From Antedon mediterranea (Eukaryota > Animalia > Echinodermata): a DNA stretch of 64,000 nucleotides. The stretch is from positions 1,984,001-2,048,000 of the forward strand of contig NC_092674.1 of the NCBI RefSeq assembly GCF_964355755.1, read 5' to 3'. A program made the translations under genes and the position numbers. The notes beneath the pieces were generated by a model. That model made no database searches. It was not told the origin of the DNA and saw only the letters and a program-made list of their open reading frames with translations. Of this stretch, positions 13,301 to 24,928 are shown piece by piece; position 1 is the stretch's first letter, and the number at the start of each line of letters is the position of its first letter.

Positions 13301-16300
13301 AATTGCATTCAATAACACTTTCTTGCGTATCCATAACGTCGTCTCCTTCATCTTCATCAATTTCGAATTCATAATGGATAGTTTCCTCTTCAAAATCAGA
13401 CTCCGAACTGTCGAGATCGTACACAATACGTGTTGACATCTTGCCGATACAGTACAGTTTGTATACAAAGAGAGATGCGTCGCGACCAGGGCAGTGCAGT
13501 GTGTTCATCTTATGACGTCACGATTTATCGCCTTGGATTTCCTGCTTCCAAATTCGACTTCGGAGATATAAACTCCGATGTATGTAAATCATTAAAAAAT
13601 CATAATTTACGCTTATAGAATTTATTTTATCAAAACGTACTAATAAAATCAACATATTCAGACCCAAATCAGCCAAAAAACGTTATACATCAAATACCAT
13701 GTTCCATGATCTTTAAAGTAATTATGCTTTAAAATGCATTGGGAAAAAACATTTTATGAAAACGACCAATATTAAATTATAAAGTATATACAAATAGCTG
13801 GGTTGTTAACGTGCTTGCCTTCCAATCGAAAGGTTCAGGGTTCAATTGGTTTTCAACTCATGACTATTTTAACTCCACTCCCGGCCCTAGAGCTTGGTTC
13901 CCACTAGAACGCAACGCCAGGACGCAACGCAAAGTGATTTGAACAATCTCAAGCGATGGATTATTCGAACAGATGCGTGTGATTGGTCAACTCGCTTGCG
14001 TTGCGTCTACGTACTTGCGTTGCGTCCTAGTGGGAACCAAGCTTAAGCCTCAAATGAGACTTACTTAAGAACGATAATTTATAAACATAGTTTATCCATC
14101 CTGTAAAAAATACACAAACCTTAAACACATGAAATGCTTCAAATTGAATATTTCTACTCTTATCTCGAAGGAGGTTCATCATCAGCTTCAGGTTATCTGG
14201 GTTACTGATGTACTTTGACATCGTAGTGTAGTTGTGCCGATCCAGAAGCAATTCACCAAGAAGCTACAAACAAAATTAAACTAGTCAACAAATATTAAAT
14301 TTAATTTATATTCAATTTTCAAACTTTTGAAATATCGGCTACAAGGAAGCAAAATGATGCAAAATGCGGCTACAAGCTGCACTATTTTTTATATATAAAA
14401 TTAGGTTTCAAATTTCCGAATTCTTCTCAAATGGAATTGATACTTTATTGCTAAGCATATACAGATAATTTGTTGAACTACAATAAGATCGTGTTATAAA
14501 TATATCAAATATAAATTCAACACTTTCGTACTTTATGAAGAAAACTCGTAAACATTTCTTTGAATTGTTTATTTATTGTGACATGAGAGATAAAGGGCGT
14601 GCACATCATAACCTAGTCTGGTAAGATTTAGAAAGGAAATATGGTATGGAACGTCAATGAAATTTGGTATGGAACGTCAATGAAATTTGGTATGGAACGT
14701 CAATGAAATTTGGTATGGAACGTCTCTTATCTTAGAGAAAGAGCAAACAGATGTGGATGATTATTTACCCAAACAAATTGAGAAATATAACTTATAATGC
14801 GATCTAAAAGGTTTTTGCTTTTTCTTTTAGTAGGCGCTCTTTTTTTTGTCAATAGAGACAAAAGCAGTTCCGTTTATTTCGTATCTTACCATCTTGTGTA
14901 TGGACAATGTTTAATATTTTGTTTTAAAAAAATCAGGAGCAGTTTTTTTTAAATTAATAATTTAAACAAAACACAATCAATATTAAATTATTTTTAAATC
15001 ATAGGTAAAGTGATATCTACGAAACCCCTTTCTAAATAAAACAGGACATAAGCTATTAACTATAAAGAAGAAACTATATGATGTAATTACACATGTGTTG
15101 TGATTATACAACAATGAGGACTTAATATAAACATAGTATTAAAATCATTTGTTACTGTGTAAATGTAAATATGTAAATGTACAGAGGTATCTAAGTACTT
15201 AAACTTAAAGAGGACATAAAGCATTTGAGTATACATACTGAAGCGTCTATCCGCCCGCAAATAAAATCGCAAACGAAAAGTCGCTTATGCATACGCGCAA
15301 TCTGGAACCGGACCGACGCAATCTGGAACCGGACCGGCGCAATCTGGAACCGGACCGACGCAATCTGGAACCAGACCGGCGCAATCTCAAACCGGATCGG
15401 CGCAATCTGGAACAGGACCGGCGCAACTTGAACCGGACCGGCGCCATCTCGAACCGGACCGCCGGAACAGGTGTGAAAGTTTACAATGCATAGCATCTAC
15501 AAAGTTATTTTAACAATCAGTAGGCCTAAGTCTAAAATACCGTCGTGTTTAGCACTGTTCGCGTTTATTAGAACATGCATATTGCACGCGTCGTGCGCTT
15601 AAAGATGAATGACGTCAAAGTAGATTTGACCGTGTGGAAATTGTCAAAAATTGAATAATTTGCTAAAGTGGCTATATAATGCATAAAACTAAAAAACAAT
15701 ATATACAATGTGTACATGCATTGTCTTGCCTCTGTATTTTTTCCCGCCAATCTCTATTTCGGTAACCTGTATATAATGAATGACGTCATTCATTGCATAC
15801 ATACAAACAGCTCAGTACATCAATTACATTAAACTACGGTATGTACATTTACATAAACATTAATTACTGAATTGATTAGAAGAAAATTGGGTGATACATT
15901 GTAATTGTTCTCAATAATCACTAAGGCTTGATTCACAAGGACGCAACGCAAAGACGTAAGCGCAACGCAAATACGCAAGCGCAACGCAAATACGTAAGCG
16001 CAACGCAAATCACGACGAGATGGATCAACCGAACTGTCGCTTGTGATTGGTCAAGCGTTGCTCTTACTGTACGTCCTTGCGTTGCGTCCTAGTGTGAACC
16101 AAGCTTCATTCCCTGAAAATAAATTTAAATATTTTAATAAAATATACAATAAGGGTCTTGCTATAATATATCGTCAGTAATAACAAAAGAAAAAGACGAA
16201 AAGTATTATTTAAAAGCGTATCAGCGGATGCATTTTGTGAATTCACTAATAAAAATTAGAACAAGACATTCTTGTGTTGATGTGTGTGTACTGAGCAGGA

Positions 16301-19300
16301 CAGCAGTTGATAACATTTATATACATGGGTGAAGAATACAGACAGAGCTGTATTAGTTTACCACAGACGGTAGATAAGACGCAAGCGAGTTGACCAAACA
16401 CAAACATTTCGAATAATCTATTGCTCGTGATTGGTCCAACCTACGCAACGTAAGCAATTGCCCTTCCAATAATTGTATTTTCCCCCGCCTGCGTGGAATT
16501 AAACCTACAATGTTTGCAGCACTATTGCGTCGTCGGTTCCCACTTGTGATTACACAATACAGTACTTTGCGTCAATACGTCGCTGCGTTGCGTTCAAGTG
16601 GAAACCAAGCTTTACATTGCGCTTACGTCCTTTTTTCGTTGCGTCTCTAGTGGGAACCAAATATTAGCTGTGTCATGGTATCAAGTTGTAATGCAGTAAC
16701 ACATGATGCTAATTCCTACCTTGTGTTGAATAAATCAAATACATTATATAATATAATTTAACTTTTTAAATACATAACAAATTATAATATACTTCCAAGT
16801 AAATAAGCACCCTAAGTAAAACTAAAAAGGTTGAAAAATGTCCCACCACCATACAAAATACTACTTAATTATTTTTTACAGTAAAGCTCTGTCTACACTA
16901 TTAAACTTTGTGACAAAAAAAAATGTGCTGTGCCCATATATGGACATGGTTGTATCCTATGACTACCACATTTGGGCACATCACACTTTTTTTGTCAAAC
17001 TAGTTTGATAGTGTAGACAGAGCTTAAGACAATAGAACTATAAAATGATAGCTCATCCAACTTTAACCATTGCTGATCTGAAATACAGCTTTGTAATAAT
17101 TATTTCAATTATCAAGTTATTTTTGCATTTTAATTGATTCATTATTACACTTAATTATAGTTTTTATCAGTTACCAGTAACAAAACTAGCTTCCAAGTAT
17201 CTATTTGCAGCAATAGAAGGAAATAAACTGAAAACATGTTTCTGTAATCAGAAAACTGGCTTCCCACTAGGACGTAAGTGATTTGACCAATCACAAGCGA
17301 TGGATTATCCAAATGGTTGCTTACCATTGGTAAACTCGCTTGAGTTGCATCTACGTCATTGCGTTTTTAGTGGGAAGCAAGCTTTAACCTAATCTCTACA
17401 ATGTCTGAATTTAATTTATATATATATATATTTAACGCCTAGCCCTGCATATAAACAATTTTTGCCAGCTATACTTAACTATAATTTGTCGAATCGTGAG
17501 AAGACATACGGTGTTTACAACTACGTTTCTGGTAGTACTTTGGTAATGTTTGGACACAAAATGTTATGGTTGCTATACTAAGCATACACGATGAAGGACG
17601 TGGTGCCGTGGTTTCAACATCACCTGCTTCTAACAAATATAAATTTAACAATGTACAATAATTCTGAAGAAGGCTCATTCAAATTATTAAACATATCATA
17701 GTTCATTGAAGGTAATATTAAATTACCCATTTGTACACCTTTAAGCATATGCAATAGCTCATCAAAGGTAGTAATAATTTGATAACCTGCCGCATCAAAA
17801 AATACCCAATGATACTACCCAATTGCCTGCACTCACTCCCTTTCTTAAACTTTTCAAAACATTTTCAGAAAATTGTATGATCATTGCACAGCAAAAAATT
17901 ACTATTGTTATAATCAAACAAGCAGTATTTTGTGTATAACTTGACTATGTTAGTGTGTGCTAACCAGTGTACCATTGGTCAATTAGTACATACTGCTGGT
18001 GTACACTAACATACAGACCAGTGTACTATTGGTCAATAAGTACATACTGCTGGTGTACACTAATTCAGCTCCCATAACCTTTGTGTCTCAACATTATTTT
18101 TTTTCACTCGATTTTTAAATCAGCTATCTGTTTCATAAGGTATTGCTTCTCTTCCTTGAATTGGTCATCTTCCGTGCGGTCAGTTTGGAATTTCCCAAGG
18201 TAGTCCACTAGGCGGTCTTTGTTCTTGTACAGTATATGTCGAATTGACTTGTCCTTGTCAGGGTTGGCCACAAAAACCTGAAATGTCCAAAAACATACTC
18301 GAATTAATTCAAATGTAATTTTATGAACAATTCGAATAATGTGTAGTTAATACTATTTACAGTATAATGTATAGACTACAAAGCATGTACTAAGTAGTTC
18401 TGTTTATAAAATGTCTCTCTATTCAAAAATTTAAAGTATTGAGGATAGTATGTAATAATAATAATATACCACATTTATATAGCGTACTTTTCATGAAAAA
18501 AACATGCTCAAAGGCACTATATGTACTGTCACTGTTTTTGTTTACTATTATTTACTTATTTTTTGGAAGCACATGGTCAATCGCAAACTTTATAAGAGAA
18601 TAATACTGTAGCTAACAATCTACTCCACTTACATGCACTGAAAGTAGACTACATGAACAAATACATTACCAACACAAACATGCATAGCACACAAAGATTT
18701 GTAAAGTCTTAACTTTGACCTCCAAATCAATTAGTGTATATATATATATAAACAATTGTAGGATATAAGACATAAGTATATCAAAAAGGACAAAATAAAA
18801 CTATTCTTAATTCTCATTTTTGCAATCAATGAGCCTAATTCAGACAACATTATGATACAATGTAATACAGTACTACAGTCTTTCAAATTAACTCATAAGC
18901 AGTCGATTGATTATGAGAATGGTAGAATAATTTGCTATGTTTTATATCATGACATAACACAACATGAACAGTACTCTAACATACATGCATATACAACAAT
19001 AAATAGCCTCTATCTATGGCAACACAAACAAACATACATATACATTACCTTGAAAACATGGAAGGCCTCAAACTGTATGTTCCTACTTTTATCTCGCAAT
19101 AAGGTCATCATTAATTTCAGATTGTCGGCATTACTTATGTAACGCTTCATTATCGTAAAGTTGTGACGATCGAGTAACAGTTCTCCGAGCAGCTATGATT
19201 GGTCAGTTAGAAAACAAAACAAAAATAAGCAGAAAAATAAGAATGGGTTAGTAATAAAGAAATTAAAAATGTGATGCTTTCTAAATCAGGAAAAGATATA

Positions 19301-22300
19301 TAAAAATTAAAGAAAATATTTAAACTGAAAATGCATATCTTTGAATTTTGTTCAATGATTTAAAAAATATATCAAAATATACAAACTTTGAAAATGAAAT
19401 GAAAATGCATTATACAAATTAAATCACATGATAATTAGTAATCGACAAAAAAGTAAGTTTAAGTTGAAGTTGGGCAAAAAAAATGTTAGTTCCAGAAAAA
19501 ATTTCTTCCTGTCAATTTCCACAATAATAATCTACATGAAAAATAACATGAATATCACATGAAAAGGAGTGTACACATTTTGGGATCCATTCGCGACCGG
19601 CATATTATAAAACTGCGATGAAAATCTTTAACGTACTGTAAGGATGATTTTTCGAATACTTCGTACAATCTTTGCACACAGAATGAATACTTAAAAAGCT
19701 CATATTTATATTATTTTTTATCCTGATAAAATACCTTTAGTGACTGCCTTCTTGTAACGTAATTATCAGAATCAAGCAGTTTTTGATAATGTTCAAAAAC
19801 TTTATCGTAACTTTGTTCGAGAAACTCTGCGGCTAACAGCTTGTTTTTAGTCAAAAGATCCTGTTAAAAAAATGTGAAAATGTTATATATATTTAATATA
19901 TAATAATATTATTTATATATAAAGTTATTTAACTGAAAAACTGTAATTTAAAGCAAAGAATAATCAGATTGGTTGAGAGTCAATGAATTTTTGGTTGAAT
20001 ATAACCATTTATTTTGTCTTTTTGTAGTTTTTTTTCTACGAAAGTTTATTCAAACTTTACTTTATTAAAACTATAAAATGGCATATTCAAAGTCTTTTTT
20101 TTTTATTAATCTTCATTTTTGGAACAATTGGAACAAAAAGCCTAGTTGATTAATTATATAATCTGTTTGATTAATACTTTTTTTTAAAGTTCTACTTGGA
20201 ATTGCAGCTATGAAATGCTTTTTAAAATGTCATTTCATTACAAACATTTAATCATTTAAAAACTACAAAATATAAATAACTGTAAAGTTCTGTTTACACT
20301 ATCAAACTAGTGTGACAAAAATAAGTGATAGTGATATACTCAAACATGGTAGGTATATGACATCATCATGTCCATATATGGGCACATTTATTTTGTCATA
20401 TAAAGATTGATAGTGTGGACAGAGGTTTAATATGTGTAACAATTACATGAAGACAATACAAACTATCAAATATTTAATTAATTTACCTTAAATGTTGCAA
20501 ATGCATCAGAGGCTATATCAAACGTTGACATCTCCACATATCCAAAGAAGTCATAGAATTCTTTTGACCAAATAATGATCTTAGCCAGTGGTTCATGCCT
20601 CACACATTCCCTAAGCATCATACCACAGTTTAAAGCAATCTCTGAGCTCTTGTACCTAAAAATTAAAACAATACACTACTAACTGTAGGTAAATAAAGGT
20701 TTATCGCAAATAGCATGCGCGACGCATGATGGGAATATTTGCAATAAACCTTATTCATAAGATTATGAAAGATCAGTCACTTGTACCCTTTACCCATCTG
20801 CATAATTGTTACAACTTCTAACATTAACCAAGTTTGATCTCCCGAATTATAACATGTTTTCACATACGCATGCCTTGTGAAATCCCGGGAGGAAAGAATA
20901 TTTGCGTGCTATTTGATTACTATGATTGGTTAGTTAATACCAGGCCAATACACGCTCGCGCAGTAAGAACTCGGAACTAAAACACAGGCCTCTAGTTGGT
21001 GTTTGTTTTTCTTCCAAGATTTCACAAGGTGTGAAATCTCTGGAGATTTTTCACAAAATTGTCTTCACACTATGCAAACCTGGTTACAAGTTGTTACATT
21101 TTGCAGATGTGAAAAGGGTATTAGACTGCAGTTTACAATAATTTGATTGGAATAATCCTAGGAGGCGCAATCTAGAATTAGCATTGTATATCATTTCGCA
21201 TGATTAAAGCAACCACATGGACACAACAAGGTCAGGTGAAGTTGACCAACCAGAACTCTGTTCATCACACCAATGATTGGGAAAATTACCTATGATTGGG
21301 CTAACATCTTTGAAGCCATTGCGTTCCAATTGGAGGACTATACCGATTGATAGCTTGACTCCTGACTTACCCTTGCACTAAAATGAATAGGAGGTCATTT
21401 TTTTGACAGATATATTCCACTGTTGGTGAGCGTGTACCAATTTGTCTCCTAAGCATGTTATTAAAAATTTGTACAACATCTTTCTTGGCCTGAAAATTAA
21501 TTTATATATAAAGTTATCTAATAAAAAAGGTAATGAAAATCAAAGTGTTGATAATTTAATTAATTTTTGTTATTTCAGAAGTAATAGTAATACATCCAAT
21601 ATATAATACAACAAATTACAACATCACATATAAAATATAGATAGACAATTTTATTACATGTATTATAATATCAATCTTATAATTTTTGAAATTTACACGC
21701 ATACAGAATCAAAAGTGTTTTTGATACTGTATGTCTGCAATACGGTAATGTTTTATGTATAAAAACATACTGTAACATACTGTACACATGTTATAGAAAA
21801 GGAAGCTAAATCTGAGATTATAAATAAGTTCTCAGTCTGAGGATTATTGCATATTATAATAGCAGAACATTTAGGAAAGAAATGCAAAAAGAATTAAAAG
21901 AAAATGAATGATTAACATTTCTCATACCTCAAAATCTAGCTTGCCGAGGTGCTCCACCAAAAACAAAAGTACATCATGATTATAGCACTCTTGTGCCAGT
22001 TGGGCAACTAACTCTGTCTGTGGCTCCTGATCACCAACACCGTACAAAATGTTTTTCATACCAACCAATGTCTTAGCTATGTCTTCCAGAGCCTGTAATT
22101 ATTACAAGTAAGAAACATCAACCTCAACTTAAACAGGTTTAAAGAAAAAACAAAATGTAGTATTGCAATAACAAACTGCAGCAGCATAACATTGACATGG
22201 TCCATAAACATACAGAATTTTGATTTAAATTTTATCTTAAGCTCTTTCTACACTATCAAACTTTATGTGACAAAAAAATGTGTCCATATACAGTATGGAA

Positions 22301-22587
22301 ATGATGCCATATTTGGGCATATCACTATTATATTTGGGCACATCACACTTTATTTGTCAAACTAGTTTGATAGTGTAGACAGACCTTTAGAATACTCAAA
22401 TGGCACTTCTTGATCTTCACACCACATTTTGTCTAATAAATAGAAACGTTACAATATAACAGACTTTATAACCACTTACCTTTTCAGCTTTCTTTCCAGT
22501 TTCTTCTTTGGTTAGGATGTTATCACAGTCTTTGAGAGACTTCACCAGTTCTACTGGACTTTTTTGCGACTTTCCAAACAGTGGCAT
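10375..22587 (-). CDS. CAB39: Calcium-binding protein 39 / MO25, isoform B (distal terminal exons)
   Basis: Shared exons 22480-22587 ([11 protein letters not shown]), 21928-22092, 21371-21489, 20487-20655, 19735-19860 ([10 protein letters not shown]), then 14120-14263 ([12 protein letters not shown]...[10 protein letters not shown]) and 10375-10554 (VFVANPTK...EDEQFNDEK...TS*). All GT-AG and in frame; ~336 aa. Confidence 0.92.
10831..12121 (+). pseudogene. KolX / P2X7 cytoplasmic ballast-like (nanor-like) gene, frameshifted
   Basis: Exon 1 10831-11132 (acidic, shifted IRPYMYEP, ends NW with tg|gttagt); exon 2 11707-12121: CDCGHC..ECRCCQE...[11 protein letters not shown]...[18 protein letters not shown]...[16 protein letters not shown]. 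In-frame stops at ~11786-11794 from compensating indels. Confidence 0.82.
12510..12676 (-). pseudogene. Last exon of Kolobok-type transposase
   Basis: After a cag acceptor reads [10 protein letters not shown]...[30 protein letters not shown], resembling the C-terminus of Kolobok-type transposases as recalled; convergent with KolX. Confidence 0.65.
13136..13439 (-). pseudogene. Second, inverted KolX-type first exon
   Basis: [19 protein letters not shown]..., degenerate IQP.YM.EP, ends TLEW with the same tg|gttagt donor as the left copy. Confidence 0.7.
13891..14043. mobile_element. Harbinger-type MITE family 2 (TIR AGCTTGGTTCCCACTAG)
   Basis: TIRs, 3-bp TAG/TAA flanks, internal acgcaacgc and gattggtcaa motifs; related copies ~2500-2680, 15926-16105, 16360-16660, 17258-17384, 44280-44430, 47183-47342. 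Confidence 0.75.
14636..14723. repeat. 23-bp tandem repeat x~4
   Basis: gaaatttggtatggaacgtcaat. Confidence 0.9.
15295..15468. repeat. GC-rich 21-bp tandem repeat x~8
   Basis: cgcaatctggaaccggaccgg units; likely internal to an unidentified TE. Confidence 0.88.
16885..17024. mobile_element. Harbinger-type MITE family 1 (TIR AGCTCTGTCTACACTATCAAACT)
   Basis: ~140-170 bp, long TIRs, TAA on both sides here; other copies ~20285-20428, 22240-22388, 27920-28080, 34072-34235, 34806-34960, 35222-35372, 36550-36680, 40120-40350, 42947-43095, 43315-43456, 46016-46170, 51918-52030, 52582-52720, 52945-53040, 58172-58283. Confidence 0.82.
18104..22587 (-). CDS. CAB39: CAB39/MO25, isoform A (proximal terminal exons)
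   Basis: Same shared exons, then 19049-19192 ([12 protein letters not shown]...[10 protein letters not shown]) and 18104-18277 ([10 protein letters not shown]...EDDQFKEEK...IE*). Intact frame and splice sites. Confidence 0.9.
20786..21118. mobile_element. MITE with TA flanks and imperfect ~30-bp TIRs (CCC...GGG)
   Basis: ta-ccctttacccatctgcataattgttacaact ... agttgttacattttgcagatgtgaaaaggg-ta. Confidence 0.6.
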
Positions 22588-22771
22588 TTTCAAATTTGGT
22601 TGCACAACTGGTGTGGTATCAAGTGCACTCCTCAAGAGGTCAAGAGGTCAAGTACAAATCCTCTTGAATCTGCCAACAAATAAATACAGATTAATACATT
22701 TAATTATTTTTTGATGAAAATTTTTTGCAATATTGGACTATTAAACTTATGTAGACTACAGTACTACTACT

Positions 22772-24030
22772 CTCCAAAATCAGGAGTTTTTTCAAACGAT
22801 TCCACCAGTTTCCTACAGTCTCCAAAACCAGGAGGTTTCTTCAACAGATTCCAACAATTTCCTACAGTACTTGGAAGCTAAAAACTCTCCAAAACCAGGA
22901 GTTTCTTCAACAGATTCCAACAATTTCCAACAGTACTTGGAAGCTAAAAACTCTCCAAAACCAGGAGTTTCTTCAACAGATTCCAACAATTTCCAACAGT
23001 ACTTGGAAGCTAAAAACTCTCCAAAACCAGGAGTTTCTTCAACAGATTCCAACAATTTCCTACAGTACTTGGAAGCTAAAAACTCTCCAAAACTCTCCAA
23101 AACCAGAAGGTTTCTTCAACAGATTCCAACAATTTCCTACAGTACTTGGAAGCTAAAAACTCTCCAAAACCAGGAGTTTCTTCAACAGATTCCAACAATT
23201 TCCAACAGTACTTGGAAGCTAAAAACTCTCCAAAACCAGGAGTTTCTTCAACAGATTCCAACAATTTCCAACAGTACTTGGAAGCTAAAAACTCTCCAAA
23301 ACCAGGAGTTTCTTCAACAGATTCCAACAATTTCCTACAGTACTTGGAAGCTAAAAACTCTCCAAAACTCTCCAAAACCAGGAGGTTTCTTCAACAGATT
23401 CCAACAATTTCCTACAGTACTTGGAAGCTAAAAACTCTCCAAAACCAGGAGTTTCTTCAACAGATTCCAACAATTTCCTACAGTACTTGGAAGCTAAAAA
23501 CTCTCCAAAACCAGGAGTTTCTTCAACTGATTCCAACAATTTCCTACAGTACTTGGAAGATAAAAACTCTCCAAAACCAGGAGTTTCTTCAACAGATTCC
23601 AACAATTTCCTACAGTACTTGGAAGCTAAAAACTCTCCAAAACCAGGAGTTTCTTCAACAGATTCCAACAATTTCCTACAGTACTTGGAAGCTAAAAACT
23701 CTCCAAAACCAGGAGTTTCTTCAACAGATTCCAACAATTTCCTACAGTACTTGGAAGCTAAAAACTCTCCAAAACCAGGAGTTTCTTCAACAGATTCCAA
23801 CAATTTCCTACAGTACTTGGAAGCTAAAAACTCTCCAAAACCAGGAGTTTCTTCAACAGATTCCAACAGTACTTGGGAGCTAAAAACTCTCCAAAACCAG
23901 GAGTTTCTTCAACAGATTCCAACAGTACTTGGGAGCTAAAAACTCTCCAAAACCAGGAGTTTCTTCAACAGATTCCAACAGTTTCCTACAGTCTCCAAAA
24001 CCAGGAGTTTCTTCAAAAGATTCCAACACT
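22772..24030. repeat. 66-bp minisatellite (~19 units) with 275-bp higher-order repeat
   Basis: Unit ctccaaaaccaggagtttcttcaacagattccaacaatttcctacagtacttggaagctaaaaact; the ORF track recurs at a 275-bp offset (4x66+11). Lies in the CAB39 5' intron. Confidence 0.95.
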
Positions 24031-24928
24031 TTCCTTTCTAAAGTACTTTGAAATTTGGAAAACTAGTCACCTATTCAGTCAACAGGATGTGTCTGGTACT
24101 ACTGTATACTCTATTATAGAGTACTACTATTACTAATAGTATTATTTTTTTTTTTTAGTGATGTAGCCTCTATAAATAAAACGGCCGAGTTTTCACAAGA
24201 AAAGGGAACAATATCTGTTCAAGCCACTGGGTTGTCAAAGGCCTCTGTGGACAAGTGGTCAGGTTGAAACCTTACCAACCGTACTTGTGGCTACAATCCT
24301 GTTTTTATTCAAGTAGTCTACAGTAAGTACCTACTACTACTACTGTAAAAAAAATGTTGTGACAGCAAATATTCAACGATCACTTAAGTAGCTTGGCACT
24401 TTCTTTCCTTTTTTTTTCTCTTCTTTTAATTTAATTAAATCAAAAACAAATTTTCATTTCCATAAATATTCCCCAGTTCTTGGGAGTGTTTGAATTAATT
24501 AATTATTCACCTACGGTAAAACAAATCATGGCTAATTCCCAAGTTGTAAAGTTACAGCTAACAAATTGTTACCTTGACTACAAAGGCGTGACTGGGACTC
24601 AGAACTTACAGTATCACAACTACAACAATGTACACTTACAGTATATTTTAAGGAAAAGATAGTTTGTACCGGTACAACTACAATGTTTTATTACGGTACT
24701 GTACAATACATAATAAACAAATTTAAAAATTAATGAAAAATGGCCTTTTAATTGGAGGTCACTGTTAAAATATATCAACTTTGAAAACAAGAAGGATAAT
24801 GTTGGAAGAATTTCATCTGGTTGTGGAATAGGTATTACATAAAATTTCTTTTTTGAACAACCAAAAATAGTATAAGCGAACTTACAGTACGTTTCGAAAC
24901 CTATCAGGTTTCATTCTCAACTGGCGTT

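Larger units (their letters stand above)
10581..13712. mobile_element. Internally deleted Kolobok-type DNA transposon in the last CAB39-B intron
   Basis: Perfect 26-bp TIR AGATCATGGAACATGGTATTTGATGT (10581-10606 / 13687-13712) flanked by TTAA on both sides; carries KolX-like and transposase-like remnants. Confidence 0.88.

Noticed and set aside
14120-14263. Separate second CAB39 gene
   Set aside because: No second set of N-terminal exons was seen between 14263 and 18104; better explained as alternative terminal exons.
15175-15790. Defined transposon around the 21-bp GC-rich repeat
   Set aside because: A ttaa-AG start at ~15207 is suggestive, but no matching second TIR could be found.
17590-17660. 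2A-like peptide ([12 protein letters not shown])
   Set aside because: Lacks the required NPGP and has no downstream LINE ORF; at most a decayed remnant.
22813-24136. Long repetitive ORFs on both strands
   Set aside because: By-product of a stop-free 66-bp minisatellite inside an intron.
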